64,000 bases of DNA from Syntrophales bacterium. GTDB lineage: Bacteria; Desulfobacterota; Syntrophia; Syntrophales; UBA5619. Below the pieces are notes generated by a model. The model had not been told where the DNA came from. It searched no databases and saw nothing but the letters and a program-made list of their open reading frames with translations. Both the position numbers and the translations under genes were made by a program. The stretch is taken from contig JAXGRQ010000003.1 in the NCBI GenBank assembly GCA_040765725.1, positions 81,363-145,362 of the forward strand, written 5' to 3'. Shown in pieces: positions 42,654 to 50,029 of the stretch; within the stretch, counting starts at the first letter, position 1; the number at the start of each line of letters is the position of its first letter.

Positions 42654-43466
42654 TTACTTCCCCGAACCGCCATCGGTCTTGAAAAGCGGTGCGAGATGGT
42701 TTGTCGGCCCATGGCCGCCGCCGATGCGCCAGGCTTGCCGAATCGCCGCGGTGATGTAGCGCTTGGCCTCCTCGACGGCCTCGCCGACGTCCATCCCGCG
42801 GCCCAACAGGGTGGCGATCGCCGCGGAGTAAGTGCATCCAGTTCCATGCGTGTCCGACGTTTCGATCCGCGGCGAGTCGAAGGTCCGGAAATTCACGCCG
42901 TCATACAGCAGATCCACGGCATCCCCGGCGAGGTGTCCCCCTTTCAGGACGACATTCCTGGCCCCCAGATTCCGGATGATCCGCGCCGCCGCCTTCATAT
43001 CGGCAAGGGTTGAGATCGGCATTCCCGAGAGAACTTCGCCCTCGGGGAGATTCGGCGTGAGGACAAAGGCCAGTGGAATGAGCTCCGCAATCATGGTTTT
43101 CTTGGCTTCTTCCCGGATCAGCGATGTCCCCCCTTTCGCCACCATCACCGGGTCTACGACAAGCCTTTCGATCCCGTAATCGCGAATCTTCCCGGCGACG
43201 ACGCGGATCACCTCGGAGGTGGCCAGCATCCCCGTCTTCGCCGCATCGATCCCGATGTCGGCTGCAACCGCGTCAAACTGCGCAGCGACAAATGCCGGCG
43301 GAACATCATGGATGCCGTGCACCCCGAGCGTGTTTTGGGCGGTCAGCGCGGTGATGACGCTCATTCCGAACCCGCCGAGAACCGTGATCGTTTTCAGATC
43401 CGCCTGGATGCCCGCCCCGCCTCCGGAATCGGAACCGGCGATCGTCAATATCCGGACCGGTTTCAT
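42654..43466 (-). CDS. thiD: Hydroxymethylpyrimidine / phosphomethylpyrimidine kinase
   Basis: ILTIAGSDSGGGAGIQADLKT N-terminus and the GTGCTYSAAIA anion-hole motif. Confidence 0.9.
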   Translation of the reverse strand: MKPVRILTIAGSDSGGGAGIQADLKTITVLGGFGMSVITALTAQNTLGVHGIHDVPPAFVAAQFDAVAADIGIDAAKTGMLATSEVIRVVAGKIRDYGIERLVVDPVMVAKGGTSLIREEAKKTMIAELIPLAFVLTPNLPEGEVLSGMPISTLADMKAAARIIRNLGARNVVLKGGHLAGDAVDLLYDGVNFRTFDSPRIETSDTHGTGCTYSAAIATLLGRGMDVGEAVEEAKRYITAAIRQAWRIGGGHGPTNHLAPLFKTDGGSGK

Positions 43467-44140
43467 TCTTCACCCTCCCCCGGGAAAACTCCCGGTCGAA
43501 AATACCTCACCACGAGAAGAAGGCCCGAATCCATTTCGATGATCCCCTTCTTCGAGATCAGGCGGTTGCTGATCCCATAGGGTCTGCCGACTTCCATCGT
43601 GGCCGCCTTCAATGGATACTCAAATCCTGTCAGTGTAACCCCTGTCACCGGCCCCGCAAAGGGGAACAGGGAGACGGTCTGGCCGGTATCGCCTTCAAGA
43701 ACCCACCTTTTTTCAGCCAGAAACAGATCGCACCACCGGTCGATCAGCTTGACCCGGATCCCCTTCTCCTTTCCCTGTAACAAGAGCGAGATGTTCGCCA
43801 GCGTATGATCCACACGGTGGCCGAGGGCGCCCCAAATCCAAACCTCGGTCGGGGCCATTCGGAATGCCTCTCGAAGTGCCAGTTCCGTATCCGTTTCATC
43901 CTTGCGCCGGGCATGACGGACGATCCGACACCCTTTTGCCTCATAGCGACGCTGCGCTACGGTATCCAGGGAATCCATGTCGCCCACGATCAGGTCGGGG
44001 ATCCTACCCACCGCATCGAGCTGTTGGGCGCCGCCGTCCGCACAGATGATCGCCGCGGGCCTCTTCTTAGCCGCCTGCCGTCGGAAAAACGCCGGCTCGA
44101 CAACTGCGCCGCCGGATACAATAAAAATCACCTTTCCCAT
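43463..44140 (-). CDS. thiN: Thiamine pyrophosphokinase
   Basis: ICADGGA, VGDMDS, KDETDTELAL and a C-terminal thiamine-binding beta domain. Its stop overlaps the thiD start. Confidence 0.85.
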   Translation of the reverse strand: MGKVIFIVSGGAVVEPAFFRRQAAKKRPAAIICADGGAQQLDAVGRIPDLIVGDMDSLDTVAQRRYEAKGCRIVRHARRKDETDTELALREAFRMAPTEVWIWGALGHRVDHTLANISLLLQGKEKGIRVKLIDRWCDLFLAEKRWVLEGDTGQTVSLFPFAGPVTGVTLTGFEYPLKAATMEVGRPYGISNRLISKKGIIEMDSGLLLVVRYFRPGVFPGEGEE

Positions 44141-44175
44141 GGTCCTTCAACCGCACCGCCATCAGGCGGCCGTCC

Positions 44176-44209
44176 CAAAACAAAAAAACCATACCCGGAT
44201 AGGATATGG
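44176..44209 (-). terminator. Intrinsic terminator forming the expression platform of the TPP riboswitch
   Basis: Minus-strand RNA CCAUAUCC-UAUCC-GGGUAUGG (8 bp including one G-U) followed by UUUUUUUGUUUU. It lies between the aptamer and the thiN start codon. Confidence 0.7.
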
Positions 44210-44235
44210 CCCCGAAACAGAAGTATGGACAACAT

Positions 44236-44320
44236 AACCGCTGCCATTCCCTACGCTGGCATTACCCAGGTCAGGTTCAAAGGGTATCTTCTCAGCCTGT
44301 CCGGCACCCCTTGCATAGGT
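44236..44320 (-). promoter_or_regulatory. TPP (THI-box) riboswitch aptamer
   Basis: Minus strand reads GGGGUGCCGGACAGGCUGAGAAGAUACCCUUUGAACCUGACCUGGGUAAUGCCAGCGUAGGGAAUGG. This matches the conserved GGGGUGC..GCUGAGA..ACCC..GAACCUGAUCUGGAUAAUGCCAGCGUAGGGAA core almost base for base. Confidence 0.9.
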
Positions 44321-44339
44321 TTTTTACATCCATCTTCGC

Positions 44340-45081
44340 GGTGGCCTGCCGATTTCCTGCCCCAGTTGTTGTCCGAGGCGAAAAGTTTCCGCGGGTGCTC
44401 TCCTGCAAACGTCAACTCTCTGATCGTCTCCTCTGATTTGAGTTGCAGGTTACCACGACGGCTTGCTCAGCGAAGCCCCCGCGCCGTTGCCGGGAGTAGG
44501 CGTCCGCCCCGAGCGAGGAGCTGCTTCTCGGCGGAATCCGGTAGTTGTCAAGAGCCAGCCCTGGCCTGTAGAGCCGGCCTGGACCAAGCCACAGTGCGTC
44601 CTGCTGTCTCATTCCCGCCGCGGTTGGCAACCCCGCAGCGCAGCGGGATTCTCGGAGGCGAATGCCGTGCTCAGGTGATGGAACAGCTGCGCGGCCTCGC
44701 GGTCGGCGGAGGTTCCGCCGCGCGTTGAGCTCTTCGGCAGTGCTCGCTGTCGGTGGCCGCCGCACCGAGCCCTGCGGGAGAGCTCGCGGAAAAATCAAGG
44801 CCGATCTCCCCGATGGCGACCACTTTGTCTTCCCGCGCGATTCGCCGGAGGGTGGAATACGTTCCGGCGCCGATCTCCTTCGCCTCGTGCGGATGGATGC
44901 CGACCGCCGCATAAACGACTGGGTAAAGAGCGGCCAGCAAAACCGCCTTTTCGCAGTCGGGAATCGTCGTTCCGACGGTGATGATCGCCGTCACACCGGC
45001 GGCTTCCGCCCGCGCGATAACCGCTTCTCGGTCATTGTCGAATTCCTTCATCTCCAGATGCGCATGGCTGTCGATCGCCAT
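44340..45081 (-). pseudogene. TatD-family metal-dependent hydrolase, conserved only in the first ~95 codons; the remainder is degenerate with in-frame stops
   Basis: MAIDSHAHLEMKEF...VGIHPHEA...VVAIGEIGLDF is a canonical TatD N-half. After 44797 the family motifs (HxR, HCFxG, ETDxP) are absent. In-frame TGA occur at 44671, 44548 and 44467. A C-terminal-like SEETIRELTFAGEHPRKLF reappears in the same frame. Confidence 0.6.
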
Positions 45082-45180
45082 GACCCTTCACCTCCGGTAA
45101 AACCCGTCGCAACCCCCCGCCGGGAAAGACAGCCCGGCTTCTATCCCATGAATCGTCATCCGAGATCCCCGAGATTCTTC

Positions 45181-46175
45181 TCAGATCGAGCCGGTCAGGC
45201 GGCAGGCCCTCTTCAGATGTTCAACCGCTTCTGCAGCCATCCGTTCGATCAGTTCCCGGCAGGTTGGAATGTCCCGGATCAGTCCGATAGACTGGCCGAC
45301 CATCATCGGGGCGTAATCCACATCGCCCTTTTCCCAGGCCTCCCGGATCCTCGGCCCGGCCAGGAGCGGGATCAATTCCTCCAGTCCGCCGCCCCGCGCC
45401 TCGATCGCGAGAACCTCCTCGAGGACACGGTTCTTGAGTGCACGCCCCTGCAGACCGATCGACTTCCCGAAGATCACCGTCTCATGTTCCTGCCTCCGGA
45501 GCAGTTCCTGCTTGACATTTTCATGGACCTCGCATTCCTTTGTTGCCACAAAACGGCTTGCCATCATCACACCCTGCGCCCCCAGGATCAGGCCGCTGCA
45601 AGTGAACGCCCGTCGGCAATTCCCCCCACGGTCACGACCGGGATCTTCACCGATTCCACAATCCGGGGCGTCAGAACCATGGTCGTCACATCATCGTTGA
45701 GCGGATGGCCCCCCTCCTCGATTCCGGCTGCGTAGATGCCGTCATAACCCGCTTTTTCTGCGTGGAGCGCATGACGGACCGCGCCGACCTTGTGGAAAAG
45801 TTTGACACCGGCTTTTTTCAGCATCTCCACCGTCTGCATACCGCAGGCCTTGTCGACCGGCGTTCCGGAGAATTCGATCCCGCTCACCCGCTCCTCGGCG
45901 CAGACACGGCAGTAGATCTTGTGATGCTCCGGCGTGATCCGGATGGACGGCAGCAGCGTAATGTTCACCATGAAGGGCCGCTCCGTCAGCCTCCGGGTTT
46001 CACGAATCGCCTCCCGAAAGGCCTCTTCCGACTCGTAGTTTCCCGCGGTCAGGTTGCCCATGCCGCCCGCATTGGACACGGCGGCGCAGAGCCCGGGCTT
46101 GCAGATCCACATCATGGCCCCGCAGAGAATGGGGTAGCGGATCCCGAACATCTCCGTAATGGCCGTCTTGAACAT
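45181..46175 (-). pseudogene. Nitronate monooxygenase / FabK-like FMN oxidoreductase (NMO family), split by an apparent 1-nt frameshift near 45585-45590
   Basis: ORF 45588-46250 ends ...VTVGGIADGRSLAAA*. ORF 45181-45570 continues in another frame, where the preceding codons read LILGAQGVMMASRFVATKEC. One extra C in GCGGCCTGATC restores the family motif GGIADGRxLAAALxLGAxGVxMGxRF. ATG at 46175 has an AAAGGAG RBS. Confidence 0.8.
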
Positions 46176-46464
46176 GTCTCCACTCCTTTCTGCGTCAGGG
46201 AGGTCCGTGAGGTCACGGACACGATTGGGGCCGGTTTCGGAATGAAACACCGACCGGCTTCGGAAACGAACTTTGCCCTAACACATACAGTCTTATGCTG
46301 CAACAGAATCCTTTCGGCGCTTGCCAACGCAATGCAAATGGGGTATGTCCGTAGCCGATCCGTCCGGGCGAATGGTTTTTCATGAGCGCCGAGGGATCTA
46401 TCTGAATGAATCGAATCCCTTTCGTTTCTTTTGTGGAGACGGAAGGGACGAAAGGAGAAACCCC

Positions 46465-47820
46465 ATGGCCGGTATCGACGGAGGAGTCCTCTTTTCCCCG
46501 GACCGGCTGCGCCTCTGGACGCAGCAGATCTTCCGGAAACTCGGGGTCGGCGAGGAGGATGCCCTCCTGCTGACCGACTCGCTGATCGAGGCAAACCTGC
46601 GGGGGGTGGACACTCACGGGATCACCCGCGTGCTGTGCGTATACGCGGAAAGAATCCGCAGGGGGGTCGTGAACCCGGAAAGCCGTTTCACGGTTCTGCG
46701 GGAAAAAGCCTCCACCGCGTTGATCGACTGCCACAACAGCATCGGCCAGATCGGCGCGGCAAAGGCGATGCGGATGGCGATCGAAAAGGCCCGGCGGACC
46801 GGCGTCGCCTTCACGGCGGTGACGCACTCCAATCATTACGGGATGGCCGCATACTGGGCGATGATGGCCCTCCCGCAGGGCATGATCGGCTTCAGTTCCA
46901 CCAACGCCCCGGCCGCCGCGGCCCCGACGGGCGGGCGGACGGCGATGTTCGGCACCAATCCGTTCGCCGTCGCCGTTCCCGCGGGGCGGGAGCTTCCGGT
47001 GGTCCTGGATCTGGCGACGACCGTGGTGGCCCGCGGCCGAATCATTCTTCACGCCAAAGAGGACAGGCCCCTGGAGCCGGGTTGGGCATTCGACGAACGG
47101 GGCAATCCCACCACGGATCCGCACGCCGCGTTGAGAGGGCTTCTCGCTCCGATCGGGGGATACAAGGGATACGGAATCATGCTGGCGGTCGACCTGCTCT
47201 GCGGCGTGTTGACCGGCTCCAATTACGGGGCCCACTTTCCCGGCTTTCTGGCGGACAACATGGTCGACCCGGCGGATGTCGGGAGCGTCTTTGCCGCCGT
47301 CTGCGTCGAAAGCTTCATGGACCTGAGCGAATTTACGGAGGCCGTGGACAGGGCCATTCAGGAGATCCGAACTTCGGAAAGGGCCGATGGAGTCCGGCGC
47401 ATTTACATCCCCGGCGAGATCGAATTCGAAAAGAGGGCCGAACGTCTCGCCCGGGGCATCCCGATCCCCGAGCCGGTGGTCCGGGATTTCATCGCCCTCG
47501 AAATGAACTGGCCGTTCCCTTCCCCAAGGCATGACCAAGGAAAACCTTATCCTCTGATCAGTAAAGATGCGCCGGAGATCGTCGAATCGATCCTCCTCGA
47601 TGTCCGGGAGGTCGACAAGGCGACCTGGGAAGCAGCCTCGGCGAGCGCAGGATCTACAAACCTCGGTAGGTCCTTAGTGCAAAAGATGAACTCTTGGCAG
47701 GCATCTCTCGGACCAGCTCTCAAGAACGAAGCCGCATGGAGGGCGGGGCCTGTTCTGATCATTATTCCGTTATGCGCTCTTCATCTTTCAATACCGCAAG
47801 AAAGGCCCTCTATAAAATGA
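46465..47820 (+). CDS. Ldh2-family malate/L-lactate/sulfolactate-type dehydrogenase with an unrelated ~100-codon 3' extension
   Basis: RGVDTHGI, THSNHYGMAAYWA, FGTNPFAVAVP and GGYKGYGIML are Ldh_2 family motifs. ATG at 46465 is preceded by AAAGGAG. Family-like sequence ends near 47510, but the frame stays open into the lower-GC tract. Confidence 0.8.
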   Translation: MAGIDGGVLFSPDRLRLWTQQIFRKLGVGEEDALLLTDSLIEANLRGVDTHGITRVLCVYAERIRRGVVNPESRFTVLREKASTALIDCHNSIGQIGAAKAMRMAIEKARRTGVAFTAVTHSNHYGMAAYWAMMALPQGMIGFSSTNAPAAAAPTGGRTAMFGTNPFAVAVPAGRELPVVLDLATTVVARGRIILHAKEDRPLEPGWAFDERGNPTTDPHAALRGLLAPIGGYKGYGIMLAVDLLCGVLTGSNYGAHFPGFLADNMVDPADVGSVFAAVCVESFMDLSEFTEAVDRAIQEIRTSERADGVRRIYIPGEIEFEKRAERLARGIPIPEPVVRDFIALEMNWPFPSPRHDQGKPYPLISKDAPEIVESILLDVREVDKATWEAASASAGSTNLGRSLVQKMNSWQASLGPALKNEAAWRAGPVLIIIPLCALHLSIPQERPSIK

Positions 47821-47967
47821 ATACATGAAACGGTCAGACACCTTCATTTCGCGAGTATCGAAAATACCGCATAATATGTTCGTCTTTCATTGACATGCGA
47901 TGATACCCCTTTTATAGTCCGGCACGACGTAAATAACATCTCTTCAAAAAATAGAGGGGATATCGGC

Positions 47968-49120
47968 GTGACAAAGCAGACCATATTGGAAGTTGAGGGC
48001 AGTGCCGCTGCGATTGGCCTTGAAAACCACCATCCGTCATAACGCGGCTACCAGGAACGAAGGAGAAAGCATTTGGGTTCAGGCAAAAAGGCGGCACAAT
48101 ACGGGATATGGCGAGGGTTGTCCGAGAGTCTACTCAGCCGGCGACAACATAGAGTCCGGCGTCAAATGGGTTAAGGAAAAATTTTTCCGATGGCCATGAA
48201 TTTTACAACGCTGGATGAGCCAGGGCAGTGGGTATACCGTCATGAAAAAGTCATCGATCGTTATCCGTCGGCATGGTAAAGTGCCGTTGAAAATGGCGAT
48301 AAGCCTGACCTGCTTGCCCGGGAAAATAGCCGTTCCGTTGAAAACTGCTGCGTGATTGAATGGTTGCACGGGTTATGGTCATTACACGGCCGTTCTGGGT
48401 GATGATAAGGTCTGGAAATATACCACCCTGCCGATCAATATCTGATTCGCGCACTTCGGGATTTCAAAGTCAAGCTAAACGGCAATCTGGAACGTGATAC
48501 GGAGAAGATCGATTTGCTGGAATCATTGTCTGCGTAACATCACGCGCCACTCACACGCATTCGTCTTGACGCCAATAATTTATGGAAGGATCGCTGTGAT
48601 GAAGCCATAGACTATACCCGGGCGTTGGGAATCGGTCGGATATTCGCCATGGAAGAATCTGTGGAAGCACGGCATGTCGAAGACATAAGCACCAGTATGG
48701 GCACGGGTCTTCCGTCATTTTGGATGAGAGTTTGTGTACCCTGGATGACCTGGGCATGTTTGAAACTGCGTCCGGTCAATTCATCGCCAATATCAAGATA
48801 TCGCGTTTGGGCGGTCTGATTCGAGCGTTAAGAATGATCAACGAGATTAAAAAACTGGGATGGCCGATTATTGTCGGTTGGTCATGTCGGTGAGACTCTT
48901 TGTTGACCAGGGCTGCTCTTGTGGCCTCCTCTGCCGCCGGAGAGAGCCTGATAGCCCATGAAGGAGCCTTCGGCGACTATCTGGTGGAACGGAGCCAGCA
49001 GAAACCGATGCTGAAGTTCGGACGAAACGGATGCTGGATTTGCGGACCCCCTACTATCTGAAACTGCCAGGGGACTGAAGGTCATCCTGGTCGAAAACTG
49101 GGATACCGGATTCGGCATGC
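47968..49120 (+). pseudogene. Enolase-superfamily enzyme (dipeptide epimerase / o-succinylbenzoate synthase-like) relic with multiple frameshifts and stops
   Basis: Across shifting frames: VPLRLALKTTIRHNAATRNEGESIWVQ...GYGEGCP, FKVKLNGNLERDTEKI, RIRLDANNLW (about 48555), VILDESLCTLDD (about 48714), ANIKISRLGG (about 48785), GWPIIVG. Order and spacing match the family. Possible GTG start at 47968 with AGAGGGGA upstream. Confidence 0.7.
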
Positions 49121-49121
49121 A

Positions 49122-49995
49122 GTGCCGTATGCTCTATACCCTGACGACGGTGCGCCTGACATCTGTTTTCTCGAAATACCTGATCAGTATAAGATTCATT
49201 ATCGACGCGCTGGGGCCATTCCGGAGGGTGAAGATGTGGTGCTGATTTTACACGGAGGTGTCAGAGTCATTCAGGGCTGGCAAGGCCCCGCTGGCAAATC
49301 AATTGCGGTCCATGTCGCCAAACTTAACCGTTATCGCCGCCGACCGGCGGGGCTGCGGATTAAACGAGCAGAGGGGCGACTTGGTCTCGTGCAGGCGGTT
49401 ATTGAAGATGTCATCCAACACGTCGAATTTCTCAAAAGATCGTTCAAACAGGTCCATCTTGCCGGCTGGTGCCAGGGGGCGTAACACGCTGCCGTTGCCG
49501 GGGCTTGAGCGAGCGCCGCTGCCCCCAGTCTGATACTGCTGGATTCCGGGTTTTTTTGGAATGAACGCTTCCGGTCTGTTTTAAGTATTACCGAGAAAAT
49601 CGTCCTGAAGATGATTGCCGAATTCAAACTGAAACCTGAGCGCAATCATGCTCGTATTCTATCCGGCGGAGGCAACTGATTTCACGCCGGTGGATGAATG
49701 GCTTGATTTCTCGTCGAAAAGGATCATCTGAAAACCACCTTAGTCACCTTAAAATCCAGAGTATCATGGATGAAATTCAGAGCCGTGGCTCCGCCATGCT
49801 CCAAAACCGTCTTCCCATACTCGTGATGATGGGGGAACAGGATCGCATCGTGGACAACCGGAAGGTCCTGCATTTCATCGGCCATCTTTTTCCGGGCAAT
49901 AACCATAACCGGTCGGTCACATTGGAAAGCGGCTGCTGCCATACATTTTGAAAAGACGGGAGAGGTCGCTTTCCGAAATCGTAAATTTTATCAGA
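49122..49995 (+). pseudogene. Alpha/beta hydrolase (lysophospholipase-like) relic with frameshifts
   Basis: VVLILHGG (about 49234), VIAADRRGCGLN (about 49329), HLAGWCQGA in place of GxSxG, LPILVMMGEQDRIVD (about 49810) and a C-terminal HFEKTGEVA-like stretch, each in a different frame. Confidence 0.65.
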
Positions 49996-50029
49996 ATCGC
50001 AAGATCAGAATCCATAATCCGGAGCACTG

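Noticed and set aside
44467-44673. Three in-frame stops in the tatD remnant are all TGA, raising the idea of selenocysteine or UGA recoding.
   Set aside because: Other genes in the window end in TGA (for example rnc at 26011-26013 and the half-permease at 28406-28408). No SECIS-like hairpin follows the sites. TGA is the stop most easily created by chance in GC-rich sequence. The flanking residues are not conserved TatD positions.
43805-44728. 307-aa plus-strand ORF spanning the thiN 5' end, the TPP riboswitch and the tatD remnant.
   Set aside because: It runs straight through a well-defined minus-strand riboswitch and gene, and the translation is low-complexity. It is a GC artefact.
44340-44800. 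Possible structured RNA (RNase P RNA, cobalamin riboswitch, group II intron) replacing the tatD 3' half.
   Set aside because: The signature elements are absent on both strands. There is no GGAAAGUCCGG-type RNase P core, no B12 box (AGYCMGGAGACCKGCC-like), and no intron domain 5 or a plausible GUGYG...AY boundary pair. The GC hairpins present are no better than expected in DNA this GC-rich. Residual TatD-like frame-0 similarity favours a pseudogene.
46300-46335. TTGCCA-17 nt-TATGTC promoter-like match upstream of the Ldh2-family gene.
   Set aside because: Both hexamers are weak, there is no supporting AT-rich context or conservation information, and a chance occurrence is likely.
47800-47960. 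Search for direct repeats (att-like) shared between the left edge (47.8-47.96 kb) and the right edge (54.55-54.70 kb) of the lower-GC tract.
   Set aside because: Only short, imperfect matches were seen by eye (gaaaataccgca versus gaaaatgataccgca, and tttcgcga). These are not distinguishable from chance. A computed repeat search is needed.
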